DNA of 64,000 nucleotides, taken from Candidatus Terraquivivens tengchongensis. Lineage in GTDB: Archaea > Thermoproteota > Nitrososphaeria_A > Caldarchaeales > Wolframiiraptoraceae. This document shows positions 8,938 to 18,926 of the stretch, in pieces (the stretch's first letter is position 1; every line of letters begins with the position of its first letter). A program made the position numbers and the translations under genes. The notes under the pieces were generated by a model, which saw nothing but the letters and a program-made list of their open reading frames with translations, was not told the DNA's origin and made no database searches. The stretch lies in NCBI GenBank assembly GCA_023261845.1, contig JALNJZ010000001.1:32001-96000 (forward strand), read 5' to 3'.

Positions 8938-10350
8938 ATGTTCATGATAGTCTTTTATTACGATATGACGAAAAGTCTGATAAAGAACATGGATGAGTTG
9001 CTTGATGGTTACCCAGAGCCTGAAAGGAAGCTCAGGGAAGATATGCTTAACTCTGCTGAGGATGCGATACAAGCCGTACAGCCTGATGAGCTTTTACGCA
9101 AGAAACTTAAGTTAAGGGGGAAGACCTTAACGGTTGGTGATGTAAAGGTCAAGCTTACGGATTTTGATGAAGTGGTCATCCTAGGAGCGGGCAAAGCCAC
9201 CCATAGGATGTGTCATTACATCGAACAGCTCTTGGGTGATAAAGTAATAAGAGGAGTTATAATAGTCCCGCACAGTGTTGCAAATGTTTACACACATTCT
9301 TCTAAAGTAAAGGTCAGGGGCGGCGGGCATCCTGTCCCAGACAAAGAAGGATATGAAGCTGCCAAAGAGCTTGTTGAGATCGCGCAAAGCGTTGGGCCGA
9401 AAAGTTTAGTATTGGTGCTCATTTCAGGCGGCGGCTCAGCCCTTATGCCCCTGCCAGCAGAGCCAGTAACTCTGGAAGATAAGATAGAAGTTACAAGAGC
9501 GCTTCTAAAGTCTGGTGCAACGATTGACGAGATAAACATCGTTAGGAAACATCTTTCCATGATAAAGGGCGGATGGCTTGCTCGGCATCTTTCGAAGGCG
9601 AAAACTATATCACTCATACTATCCGATGTCGTCGGAGATAAGTTAGACATTATCGCATCAGGACCTACATCACCAGACCCGAGTACATATGCTGATGCTA
9701 TCTCGATTTTGAAAAAGTACGGCATTTGGGATTCCTCACCACAAAACGTAAAGGCCAGATTGGAACGCGGTATGAATGGTGAGGTGCCCGAGACACCGAA
9801 ACCAGGTGATGAGGCATTTCTAAACGTGCGCAACATAATAATAGGCAGTTGCTCCGATGCATGCACCGCGGCCTTTTCTAAGCTCACAAAGCTGGGTTAC
9901 AATACGATTTATTTGACGCATAGACTCGAAGGTGAAGCTCGTTACGTTGGCCAAATGTTAGCCAGACTCATACTTGATATAAAGTGTAAAAAGACAAAAA
10001 GACCAATCGCACTAGTGTTAGGTGGTGAGACTACGGTAACCGTGACGGGCAAAGGGGTCGGTGGTAGGAATCAAGAGTTAGCGCTGTCAGCGGCCATCGA
10101 GTTAGATGGTTTTGAGGGTTGCGCATGCCTATCTATAGGGACAGACGGGCTTGATGGACCGACCGATGCCGCGGGTGCTATAACCGATTGCTGGACACTT
10201 GATAAGGGCAGGAAAGCTGGATACGATGCGAGGGCATTTTTGGAGGATAACGATTCTTACACGTTCTTGAAGAAGGCGTCCTCCCTAATCTTCACCGGCC
10301 CTACGGGCACCAACGTCGGCGACCTCGTCATTCTGGGAAAGTTGCGATGA
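8938..10350 (+). CDS. Glycerate 2-kinase (MOFRL/GckA family)
   Basis: GAGKA, GGHPVPD, LISGGGSAL, SDVVGD..IASGP, GGETTV, GGRNQE, GTDG.DG and TGTNVGD motifs. The true start may be ATG 8965. Confidence 0.93.
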   Translation: MFMIVFYYDMTKSLIKNMDELLDGYPEPERKLREDMLNSAEDAIQAVQPDELLRKKLKLRGKTLTVGDVKVKLTDFDEVVILGAGKATHRMCHYIEQLLGDKVIRGVIIVPHSVANVYTHSSKVKVRGGGHPVPDKEGYEAAKELVEIAQSVGPKSLVLVLISGGGSALMPLPAEPVTLEDKIEVTRALLKSGATIDEINIVRKHLSMIKGGWLARHLSKAKTISLILSDVVGDKLDIIASGPTSPDPSTYADAISILKKYGIWDSSPQNVKARLERGMNGEVPETPKPGDEAFLNVRNIIIGSCSDACTAAFSKLTKLGYNTIYLTHRLEGEARYVGQMLARLILDIKCKKTKRPIALVLGGETTVTVTGKGVGGRNQELALSAAIELDGFEGCACLSIGTDGLDGPTDAAGAITDCWTLDKGRKAGYDARAFLEDNDSYTFLKKASSLIFTGPTGTNVGDLVILGKLR

Positions 10351-10497
10351 GCTAAAATCGAAGATACCCAGGTATTTTTAAGGAAATACGCAAAAAATGC
10401 CGCCTAGGCTTCGTGATAATACTTTTTAAGACCTGGTTCTATTTAAATACACGGATTAAATGCCTCCGAAAGTTAAAAGACGCAGAGATGGGAAAAC

Positions 10498-11088
10498 ATG
10501 GCGTCGTATGTTAAGCTGATGGTTGCAATACTCGTTTCGTTTGCAGTCATAACGTTAATGTCATTTGTTGAGAGTTTTTACGGTAAAACATACGAGTTGG
10601 TCGCAATATCAAGCATTGCTGTCTCAGCCCTTCTAGTCAGCCTGATAACTCGATCTTTAGTTATTAGCACGGTCAGCATGTGTATAGGCGGAGTCGCAGC
10701 CGTATTATTTACGCTCTCAAGTCCGTACGTTTTCAACATTCAACTCCAACTTTGGAATCCATTAATGATTTTCGGAATTTCGGAAACATTCGGGAGGTTA
10801 TTGCTAATTGCTATAGCGGTCGGAATCTCGGTAGGCATTACGAGTGTCATAAAAATCGCTACAAGTCCAAAAGAAGAGGTGAAAGTTCCTGTCGAAGAGC
10901 TGGTGAAAGAGGTCATCGAGGTGGAAGAAAAACCTGAGGTTACGACTGTTTATCCGCAGACAACTGAGGCTCCTAAGAAAACGGCCGAAGTTGCCATGGA
11001 GATGATGACGTGCCCGCACTGTGGAGGTAGCATACCATCCGACGCTCTCTTTTGTCCTTTATGCGGAAAAAGGGTTAAAGAGGACTGA
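10498..11088 (+). CDS. Membrane protein with C-terminal zinc ribbon
   Basis: About four TM segments, an acidic linker and CPHCG...FCPLCG. Confidence 0.75.
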   Translation: MASYVKLMVAILVSFAVITLMSFVESFYGKTYELVAISSIAVSALLVSLITRSLVISTVSMCIGGVAAVLFTLSSPYVFNIQLQLWNPLMIFGISETFGRLLLIAIAVGISVGITSVIKIATSPKEEVKVPVEELVKEVIEVEEKPEVTTVYPQTTEAPKKTAEVAMEMMTCPHCGGSIPSDALFCPLCGKRVKED

Positions 11089-11121
11089 GACGGATAAATT
11101 GTTAACCATGGCGAGTTTTCC

Positions 11122-12036
11122 ATGCTAGTAAGATTGCTAGCTGCCGATAGTCTTGGAACGAGGAGCATGTGCACTTTCGTTGATACGGGAGACGTAAGCG
11201 TGGTGATAGATCCAGGAGCAGCTCTCGGTCCTTGGAGATATGGTCTTAAACCACATCCGAAGGAGGTTAAAAGATTAGAAGAACATAAGGCTGAAATTGC
11301 TAGTTTAACATCGAAGGCAGATCTGGCGATAGTTACACATTATCACTATGACCATATACCGAGGCCTTATGAGGATGTTTCGTGGCTTAAAGGTAAAATG
11401 GTCATAATAAAAGACCCGGAGAACAACATAAACTTCAGTCAAAGGTCAAGAGCACGTCTTTTTCTGGAACAGTTGCGGAAGGTCGGCTGTAAAGTATCAA
11501 TTGCCGACGGAGGGGACATCAGAATCGGCACGACGTCAATAAAGTTTTCAAAGGCAGTACAGCATGGAAATTCTCCGAAACTCGGATACGTCGTAGAGGT
11601 ATGCATAAGCACGAGCGGCGAGTGCTTGGTCCATACATCCGACGTGGAAGGTTTAGTAGAGGATCAGCAGCTTAGCTTCATCATAGATAACAAGCCTGAT
11701 ACCATAATATGCGATGGGCCCATGACCTACATGCTCGGTAGCAGGTTTACAGAGAACGATTTAGAAAAATCGATAAGTAATCTCATGAAGGTCGTGGCTT
11801 CATGTCGTCCAGCCGTACTAGTGCTCGACCATCACCTCATTAGAGACATAAGCTGGAGGGATAGGATAAACAAGCTTATGGTGTATGCTGAAAGCTTCGG
11901 TACACGTGTCTGCACTGCTGCGACACTCTCTGGGTTAAGCTACGAGCCCTTGGAAGCTATGCGAAGAAAGTTGTACGAGTCTTTTCCGGTAGACGAAGGT
12001 TGGAACGTTAAGGCAAATGAGTATGAAGACGTTTAA
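11122..12036 (+). CDS. Metallo-beta-lactamase fold hydrolase (UPF0282-like)
   Basis: ADSLGTRSM, IDPGAALGP, THYHYDH, SDVEG and DHHLIRD motifs. Confidence 0.88.
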   Translation: MLVRLLAADSLGTRSMCTFVDTGDVSVVIDPGAALGPWRYGLKPHPKEVKRLEEHKAEIASLTSKADLAIVTHYHYDHIPRPYEDVSWLKGKMVIIKDPENNINFSQRSRARLFLEQLRKVGCKVSIADGGDIRIGTTSIKFSKAVQHGNSPKLGYVVEVCISTSGECLVHTSDVEGLVEDQQLSFIIDNKPDTIICDGPMTYMLGSRFTENDLEKSISNLMKVVASCRPAVLVLDHHLIRDISWRDRINKLMVYAESFGTRVCTAATLSGLSYEPLEAMRRKLYESFPVDEGWNVKANEYEDV

Positions 12037-12116
12037 TGTTATGGTTGGTAATGTAGTAGTCTTTCCACTTTAGCAAAAACAAGACCCTTAAAAATGCTGA
12101 AAAATTGTTGGACGTC

Positions 12117-12371
12117 TTATTCTTTTTTCTCCTCTTCTGGTCTCGTCTCCATCGTCAACTCCGGCAGAGGTTCAGGAGTTGGTGTAGTCGCAAGTGTATA
12201 ACCTATCCATGCCAATATTGCGAGGATCAAACCCACACCGAGGAAAGCCGTTATCTGTATCGTTAAAAGCTGCCATGCTGGGGGCGATAGGAAGACAAGC
12301 CAGAAGTATAACACTAAGATCGCAATACTCACCACTAATATACAAACACCGATCGCTCGGTCCTTGTTCAT
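12117..12371 (-). CDS. Small two-TM conserved archaeal membrane protein
   Basis: Two hydrophobic helices followed by WIGYTLATTP.P, a motif I recognise from a conserved archaeal hypothetical family. Confidence 0.75.
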   Translation of the reverse strand: MNKDRAIGVCILVVSIAILVLYFWLVFLSPPAWQLLTIQITAFLGVGLILAILAWIGYTLATTPTPEPLPELTMETRPEEEKKE

Positions 12372-12455
12372 ACTACATCAACTAATTTGTCAACCTTATA
12401 CGAATGGATTTAAATTTATCGGTGACGGGATTGTGATGGGAGAGGGGCAGAGCAA

Positions 12456-15317
12456 GTGGGTGAGCTGACAAGCGAAGGCGTACTGGAACTGTTAGCAAAG
12501 CCTGTTAGAGCAGCGTTCACCGAAAGGTTCGGAGAGTTAACCCCGCCTCAGATCGAAAGCATACCGAAGATACTAGAGGGGAAAAATCTGTTGTTGATGG
12601 CACCAACCGGTACTGGAAAGACCGAGGCGGCCCTCCTGCCCATACTCAGCAATTTAATACAAAACCCCGGGCACCCAGGAATAAAGGCACTCTACATAAC
12701 GCCGCTCCGCGCGCTCAATCGGGACATGCTAGAAAGGTTTGACTGGTGGGCCAAGAAGCTAGACATCAAAGTATCCGTCAGGCATGGGGACACGGCGGTT
12801 GCGGAGAGGAGGACGCAAACCCTCATCCCCCCAGACATACTGATAACTACTCCCGAGACACTTCAGGCAATTCTGTGCGGGAAGGTCCTCAGAAAGCATT
12901 TGAAAAGCATAAAGTGGGTCATCGTCGATGAAGTACACGAACTCGCCACAGACAAGAGGGGCACGCAGCTCTCCATAGCATTGGAGAGGCTATTGGAGAT
13001 CGTCGGTCTAGAGTTTCAGAGGATTGGTCTCTCGGCTACTATTGGATGCCCAGAAATTGTAGCCAAGTTCTTAGTAGGGCCCGGAAGGGAGTGCGAGATT
13101 GTAAGGGTCCCCGTGGCTAAAGGCATGAAGATAGAAGTCTTCTATCCTGTACCGGAAGACGAGGATGTGATGCTGGCTGAGGAGCTCGCAATCTTACCAG
13201 ACGTAGCATCAAGGCTCAGGACGATAAGGAGGCTCGTGGAGTCGCACGGCTCGACGCTAATATTTACGAATACGAGGCCTTTAGCCGAGATCTTGACGAA
13301 CAGATTTAGGGCATGGGACGAGAGCTTCAGCGTGGGCATACACCACGGTTCATTAGCAAAGTCCGCAAGGATATCAACGGAACAAGGCCTAAAGACCGGT
13401 ACGTTACTCGGCATTGTCTGCACATCGTCTTTGGAGCTCGGCATAGACGTAGGCAGGATAGACCTCTGCATACAGTATAACTCGCCTAGAGAAGTAACAA
13501 GGCTCATACAGAGGGTCGGTAGGAGCGGTCATAGAATAGGAAGTGTCGCTAACGGTGCAATAATTGTCATGGACTCGGACGATGCTCTAGAGTCCGTGGT
13601 CATAGCTAGGAGGGCATTGAGGGAGGAGCTGGAAGAAGTCAGAATACCTAAGAACTGCTTAGACGTCCTGATGCACCAACTTGCAGGGCTCCTGATAGAA
13701 TACGGCCGTGTTAACATCGAAGATGCTTTAAAGATCTTTAGGCGAGCATATGGTTTCTCGGAGCTCGACAAGCATACGCTCACAAGGGTCCTTGAGCATA
13801 TGAAGAGTTTGAATATCTGTGTGCTTACAGACGATGGTTACTTCTGGAAACCTATCAACTCCAAACCCCTATACGATTACTATTTCGGGAACCTTTCCAT
13901 GATACCAGAAGAGAAACAGTACTTAGTTGTTCAAGAGAGTACGGGAGAACCTGTGGGCATACTGGACGAGGAGTTCGTCGCCGAGTACGGTGAGCCCGGA
14001 ACGAGGTTCATACTGACCGGTAAAGCATGGGAGATACTCAGCACGCTGGGTGAGAAGATCTACGTCAGGAAGCTGGATGAGTATGAGGGTGCAGTACCTT
14101 CGTGGGTGGGTGACGAAATACCAGTACCTTACGAGGTTGCAGAAGAAGTCGGTAGCATAAGAGCGGAGTACGAGGAGCGCCTTCGTAAAGGCGAGCCGCA
14201 TGATGTTATCTGTGCTGATATAGCAAAGAGATACGGTGTCTCGGAGGAACTTATCTCTAGAAGCATGGTCGAGGTTAGAGCGCACATCGACTCAGGAATA
14301 CCGGTGCCTACGAATAGAAGGATACTCGTGGAGAAGGCGGGAGAATATACCATAATACACATACATGCTGGACTTAGGATAAACAGGACTTTGGCTAAGG
14401 CTGTTTCGTTCTTACTCTCTGAGAAGATCGGAATGCCCGTCGCCGTCCAGCAAGACCCTTACAGGATCGTCATAAGGTCTAAACATGTTTATCCAGAACT
14501 TGTCCTTGAGGCCTTAAAGAACTTATCCGATGGGGCCTTTGGTGAGGTTTTAAGAAAAGCCATCGAAGGCTCAACACTATTCAGGAGAAGGCAGGTTCAT
14601 GTAGCAAGAAAAATGAGCGTCATCAGCAAGGAGGCTAGCATACTTGACGTCAGCCTCTCTAAGATTGTTGAGATGCTAAAAGGCACGGTAGTTTATGATG
14701 AGGCGATGTCCTACTGCTTGTTCCAAGACTTTGATGAACATCGTGCGTACGAGCTTCTCCGATCCATATTTATAGGAGATTACGAGCTCGTGACTTATTC
14801 ATCGCTTAATGCTGTTGGGCCCTCGCCCCTGGCGCTGCTAACGCTCAGACGTTACCAGGAGGCTTACGAAGCAGTATCTTCAGACAGAATTGAGAGGCTA
14901 GTGCTGACGGCAGTAAAGACTAGGTTGATGAACGAGGTTGGTGTTCTTGTCTGCTCTGACTGCTATCAGTATTTCGACAAGGTAGTGGTCAAGGATGTCG
15001 ACGAGAAACCATCTTGCCCAGTATGTGGTTCAAGAAAGCTTGGTTTCCTAAGGGGCGAGGTGGAAGATGTTTATGGTCTAATATCCAGAAAGGGCAAGCC
15101 TATAAGCAGAAAAGAGAGGGATTTACTCAAAGAGATAGAGAAGAGTTCGGAGTTGATAGAGAAGTACGGGAAGGCAGCCCTCGTAGCACTATCAGGAAAG
15201 GGATTTACTGTGAGTGATGCCGCCAAGGTTCTAGAGAAGGAAGGAAACCTGACGGGTAGATTAATACAGCACATAATCGAGGAAGAAAAGAAGAAGCTGA
15301 TTGCTACGTTCAAGTAG
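12456..15317 (+). CDS. lhr: Lhr-family DEAD/DEAH-box helicase with C-terminal zinc finger
   Basis: APTGTGKT, YITPLRALNRD, DEVHE, LSAT, HHGSL, SSLELGID, QRVGRSGH and PSWVGD motifs; C-terminal CSDC...CPVC. Confidence 0.93.
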   Translation: MGELTSEGVLELLAKPVRAAFTERFGELTPPQIESIPKILEGKNLLLMAPTGTGKTEAALLPILSNLIQNPGHPGIKALYITPLRALNRDMLERFDWWAKKLDIKVSVRHGDTAVAERRTQTLIPPDILITTPETLQAILCGKVLRKHLKSIKWVIVDEVHELATDKRGTQLSIALERLLEIVGLEFQRIGLSATIGCPEIVAKFLVGPGRECEIVRVPVAKGMKIEVFYPVPEDEDVMLAEELAILPDVASRLRTIRRLVESHGSTLIFTNTRPLAEILTNRFRAWDESFSVGIHHGSLAKSARISTEQGLKTGTLLGIVCTSSLELGIDVGRIDLCIQYNSPREVTRLIQRVGRSGHRIGSVANGAIIVMDSDDALESVVIARRALREELEEVRIPKNCLDVLMHQLAGLLIEYGRVNIEDALKIFRRAYGFSELDKHTLTRVLEHMKSLNICVLTDDGYFWKPINSKPLYDYYFGNLSMIPEEKQYLVVQESTGEPVGILDEEFVAEYGEPGTRFILTGKAWEILSTLGEKIYVRKLDEYEGAVPSWVGDEIPVPYEVAEEVGSIRAEYEERLRKGEPHDVICADIAKRYGVSEELISRSMVEVRAHIDSGIPVPTNRRILVEKAGEYTIIHIHAGLRINRTLAKAVSFLLSEKIGMPVAVQQDPYRIVIRSKHVYPELVLEALKNLSDGAFGEVLRKAIEGSTLFRRRQVHVARKMSVISKEASILDVSLSKIVEMLKGTVVYDEAMSYCLFQDFDEHRAYELLRSIFIGDYELVTYSSLNAVGPSPLALLTLRRYQEAYEAVSSDRIERLVLTAVKTRLMNEVGVLVCSDCYQYFDKVVVKDVDEKPSCPVCGSRKLGFLRGEVEDVYGLISRKGKPISRKERDLLKEIEKSSELIEKYGKAALVALSGKGFTVSDAAKVLEKEGNLTGRLIQHIIEEEKKKLIATFK

Positions 15318-15332
15318 TGTGGTGGACGTTAA

Positions 15333-15767
15333 ATGGGTAAGGAATATCCAAAGATGCCGGTCGTCGCTGTAGGTGTGTTAATACTTCAGGATCACAACAT
15401 ACTTCTCGTTAAAAGGAAGAACGAACCTGGTAAGGGAAGGTGGTCAATCCCAGGCGGCTCCGTTGAACTCGGAGAATCGTTGAAGGATGCTGTAGTCAGG
15501 GAAGTTTATGAGGAAACAGGTCTTTTGGTCGAGGTATCAGAATTGCTGGACATCATTGAGGTTATCAGGCGAGATAGTGCTGGCAACATAATCTTCCACT
15601 ATGTAATCCTCGATTACTTAGCTAAACCGATTAGCGGCACACTTAGGGCCGCATCGGATGCCTCGGATGTCATTTGGGTATCTGTAGACGAGGCCATGAA
15701 TATGGAAATCACAGATAGCCTAAGAGCAATGCTTCGCAAGCTGAAAGAAAAAGGATTCTTTGGTTAG
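15333..15767 (+). CDS. Nudix hydrolase
   Basis: Nudix box GGSVELGESLKDAVVREVYEETGL. Confidence 0.93.
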   Translation: MGKEYPKMPVVAVGVLILQDHNILLVKRKNEPGKGRWSIPGGSVELGESLKDAVVREVYEETGLLVEVSELLDIIEVIRRDSAGNIIFHYVILDYLAKPISGTLRAASDASDVIWVSVDEAMNMEITDSLRAMLRKLKEKGFFG

Positions 15768-16363
15768 GTTTTATCTTTAGTATCGTCCTTCGGCTGGGGT
15801 GGAGTGATTTCTGTTATTGCCTTTAGCAACTCTTTTTCGTCCACTTCTGCAAACGTCCTCCATCCAACCTTTATCATGTTATCTTCAACTTTTATGAGGT
15901 ACCCTTTCCTGATAAACCGCTCTATGGCCGCCTCAACCTTCCATCTCGGGAACTTCACCTCTAAGAGCTCTACTAGCTCCTTCTCAGTAGCCTTGCCACT
16001 CTTCGTAAATATGTACGAGAGTGTTGCGGCCAAGATTGCCACGTCTTCTATGCTCCAACCTGCGGCCACTATATCTGCGACGGAAAGCGGTTCGGAAAGC
16101 GTGATGAAAAACCTAGCTTTATCGAAATCCTCCTGAGCTGGGCTATCGCTCGATGGCTGGTCGAACATTATCTTTACCCTAAGACCTATACTGTTTAGTC
16201 TGCTGTTCAGTGCATCGATTATCTTGAGATAATTTTTACCCAACCTCCTACGCAGCTCCCAACCCCTGACACCTGGGAGTCTATGACTCGAGAAGAGAAG
16301 CATGCTGGCGGCTATCGCCAGCTTCTTACCTGCCCGTTCAGCTTCACTTTTCCTCTCTTCCAA
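15764..16363 (-). CDS. KITE-like tandem winged-helix protein (ScpB/Nse1/Nse3-like), SMC accessory subunit
   Basis: Third gene of the smc-kleisin operon. It has LNSRLNSIGLRV and IERFIRKGYL...VGWRTFAEV, which resemble Nse1/MAGE WH motifs. A GGAGGTG SD precedes TTG 16363; the ORF is open from 16381. Confidence 0.7.
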   Translation of the reverse strand: MEERKSEAERAGKKLAIAASMLLFSSHRLPGVRGWELRRRLGKNYLKIIDALNSRLNSIGLRVKIMFDQPSSDSPAQEDFDKARFFITLSEPLSVADIVAAGWSIEDVAILAATLSYIFTKSGKATEKELVELLEVKFPRWKVEAAIERFIRKGYLIKVEDNMIKVGWRTFAEVDEKELLKAITEITPPQPKDDTKDKT

Positions 16364-17132
16364 GATCCGACACCTCCCCACTTTTTAAGGAGACTACAAA
16401 CGTTGTTATCTTCTCTCTCTTACGTTTTGAGGGGTACGGCACAACCTTTACCTCTCCTGTAAGGGGATTCTTCTTTATTTCCGCTAAACCCTCGCTGACG
16501 ACGAAGCTGAGTACGTAGGCTCTCCATACAGTCTCCTCAAAGGTATCAGCACTTACTATGGACCAATAATCTAATTCGCCTCCGCTTCCTGCTGCCGTGA
16601 TACATCTTTCGTGCATCCTCTTCACTTCCTCTTCTAACGCTATGTCCTTTGTGTATCCTGCTTCCTTCACAATACGTAACGCATCCTCTTGTGTTGTCAA
16701 AAGCTTTTCATAGGCCCTGTCCCTAGGCGGTAACATTAAGAAGTACTCCATTCCCTGTCTTAGCCTGTAAGGCGTAAGCTGCTCGGCTCTGACAATAGGC
16801 CTCCAGCTTCTAGCAAGTGCTATAGCCAACTGCTTTGGTTCAGCAGAAGCTATTTTGAGCGATACTAGTTGACTGTCTACGAAAAGTGACGATGCTCTCT
16901 CCTTCAACCACTTCTGTTGCAGCGATATTAGAACAGCTATCTTATAAAGCGTCTCAGCGTCTAGAATTATAGTGTCCAGATCCTTCTGCTCTTCCAATAT
17001 GCGTCTTAGCTTCGTTAGGAGCTCTTTCACATTAACAGAGAACGGGTCCAAACCCCTTTTCTCGATAGATTCACAAAGCGCTATTATCTTCTCCAGCTCC
17101 TCTCTGCTCATCATCTTCCTTTCGTGAGACAT
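16344..17132 (-). CDS. Kleisin (ScpA/Nse4-like)
   Basis: N-terminal LDPFSVNV resembles the ScpA DPW.ID motif. The C-terminal DTFEETVWRAYVLSFVVSEGLAEI resembles the Nse4 C-terminal winged helix. It lies directly downstream of the SMC gene. Confidence 0.75.
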   Translation of the reverse strand: MSHERKMMSREELEKIIALCESIEKRGLDPFSVNVKELLTKLRRILEEQKDLDTIILDAETLYKIAVLISLQQKWLKERASSLFVDSQLVSLKIASAEPKQLAIALARSWRPIVRAEQLTPYRLRQGMEYFLMLPPRDRAYEKLLTTQEDALRIVKEAGYTKDIALEEEVKRMHERCITAAGSGGELDYWSIVSADTFEETVWRAYVLSFVVSEGLAEIKKNPLTGEVKVVPYPSKRKREKITTFVVSLKSGEVSDLGREEK

Positions 17133-17138
17133 GTCGCA

Positions 17139-18926
17139 CTACCTTTCTACTACACCGACCGATGATTTTCCGCTGATGTTTTGGACGATGATGACGTTCG
17201 CGTCCTCGCCCACACTTATGTAACCAGGCGTTATTATTATGTACTGGACGTACGGGTCGGCCTTGGCAGTTGCCGTCAACATCTTTACCATCCTCTCCCT
17301 ATTAAGCGGGTCCAAGTGAACGTCGAACTCATCAACGGCCCTGAAGGGTGACTTAACGTACTTCTGTAGCGCAAGAAGGAAGGCAAGTGTCGCCACTATT
17401 CTTTCACCACCGCTCTGTGTATGAGAGTCTAAGAGAACAGGTTCGACGCCCCTGAAACCAACGTAAAGGTCAAGGGATGCCTTCTCAATATCTTCCAAGT
17501 TGCGCAAGGATATCTTACCGTTTGCATCAACGGATTTCAGTATTTGGACGTAAGCTGGCTCGACTTCTGCTACGAGTTTCCTTAAGAATTCCCTCCAAAC
17601 TTCCTTTCTATGCTCAACCTCTTCCTTTGCCTTCTCCATGTTTTCAGACAGCTGCTTGGCCTTCATCTCGACCTCACTGTACTTGGCATCCGCTAAAAGA
17701 TACATCTCTTCTGCGTTAGGTGTCACGCTGCCCAAAGAACTTATCTGGACTTCTAAGATCTTCAAATCCTCCTGGATTTCTGTTGGTTTTCTGTTTGTTT
17801 CGACGCGAGGTCCTTTTAGCTCAGCCTCGGACATCTGGGATGCGAGTTTCGTCTTCAGTTCGCTCAACTGGGACTTTAGCTTTCTCATCTCAGACTCCGT
17901 TAGGCGTATCTTGAACCTCGTAACCCCTTCTTGCACCTTCTCTTCGATGAGTTCGTCCATCATCGCATCTATCTTCTTTTCTAAATCGTCCAAAATTTCG
18001 GATGTTCGTGGTTCCGTTATTCTTAACTGATGTAGCGTCTCACGAATCTTCTCACGTAAAGCTCCAGCTTTTGACTCGTGCTCGCTAGCTTCTTTGTTTA
18101 AATCTTCAATCTCTAAGATGAGTGATGCGATCTTATCCTCAACCCTCTTTACATCGTTCTCTAAAGCTATGACTTGGGACCAAACAAGCTCCCGTTCAAG
18201 CTCAGCCCTATGGTTCTCAAGCCTTCTGAGCTTTATCAGCTTCCCATACTCTTCTTTCCAATATTCAACGGTCGCCCTCGCTTCTTCTAGCGTTTTCTTG
18301 AAGCTCATTTCCTCTGTCAGCAACATGTTCAGCTTGGCCTCGGCATCCAATATCCTCTCCCTAAGCTTCGATGCACCTACAGCATCCTCGACCATCTGGA
18401 GCTTCTCAATGCTACTCTTGGTTACGAATTGCTCTATCATATTCTGGTGCATTATAATGAGCATGTTATTGGGGTTGATTCCCACCTGCTTGAGCAAGTG
18501 CTCAACCTCAGCCTTTGTCATGAACCTGTTGTTCACGTAGTGCCAATAGTCTCCATTCCTCTTGAGGTATCTGGCGACAGATACCGTGTCCGTGTTTATC
18601 GTTCTGAACGGTCTTTTACCATTGTGGGCACTATTCTCGAACACGACGGTGACCCTAGCCACATCCTTTCCACGACGGATCAGGTCGCTTAGTCGTTCAC
18701 CCCTCTCCGTGTAAGTCTGACCGAGAGCGACGGATATCCCCAGCAATATTGAGGACTTTCCAGCACCGTTTGGCCCCATTATAACATTGAGGCCTGGCTT
18801 CAGTGGTATCCTGGAATATTCGTGGGACATGAAGTTCTCCAGGATTACCTCCTTTATGTGCGGTACAGACTTAACCCTATGCTCTAGCTCAAGCCTTTCC
18901 GCGGACCGCTCGTCTGTATTTTCCAC
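17139..18926 (-). CDS. Short SMC-family ATPase of the Smc5/6-like (coalescin/arcadin-related) type
   Basis: LENFMSH, Walker A GPNGAGKS, Q-loop IMHQ, coiled coils, signature QSGGER, Walker B/D-loop PFRAVDEFDVHLD and QYIIITP; 595 aa; AGGAGG SD before the GTG start. Confidence 0.9.
   Translation of the reverse strand: MENTDERSAERLELEHRVKSVPHIKEVILENFMSHEYSRIPLKPGLNVIMGPNGAGKSSILLGISVALGQTYTERGERLSDLIRRGKDVARVTVVFENSAHNGKRPFRTINTDTVSVARYLKRNGDYWHYVNNRFMTKAEVEHLLKQVGINPNNMLIIMHQNMIEQFVTKSSIEKLQMVEDAVGASKLRERILDAEAKLNMLLTEEMSFKKTLEEARATVEYWKEEYGKLIKLRRLENHRAELERELVWSQVIALENDVKRVEDKIASLILEIEDLNKEASEHESKAGALREKIRETLHQLRITEPRTSEILDDLEKKIDAMMDELIEEKVQEGVTRFKIRLTESEMRKLKSQLSELKTKLASQMSEAELKGPRVETNRKPTEIQEDLKILEVQISSLGSVTPNAEEMYLLADAKYSEVEMKAKQLSENMEKAKEEVEHRKEVWREFLRKLVAEVEPAYVQILKSVDANGKISLRNLEDIEKASLDLYVGFRGVEPVLLDSHTQSGGERIVATLAFLLALQKYVKSPFRAVDEFDVHLDPLNRERMVKMLTATAKADPYVQYIIITPGYISVGEDANVIIVQNISGKSSVGVVER

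Noticed and set aside
15764-18926. Canonical Smc-ScpA-ScpB condensin or Wadjet (JetABCD)
   Set aside because: The ATPase is half the canonical length with Smc5/6-type motifs and no evident hinge, and no JetD/Toprim nuclease is adjacent.
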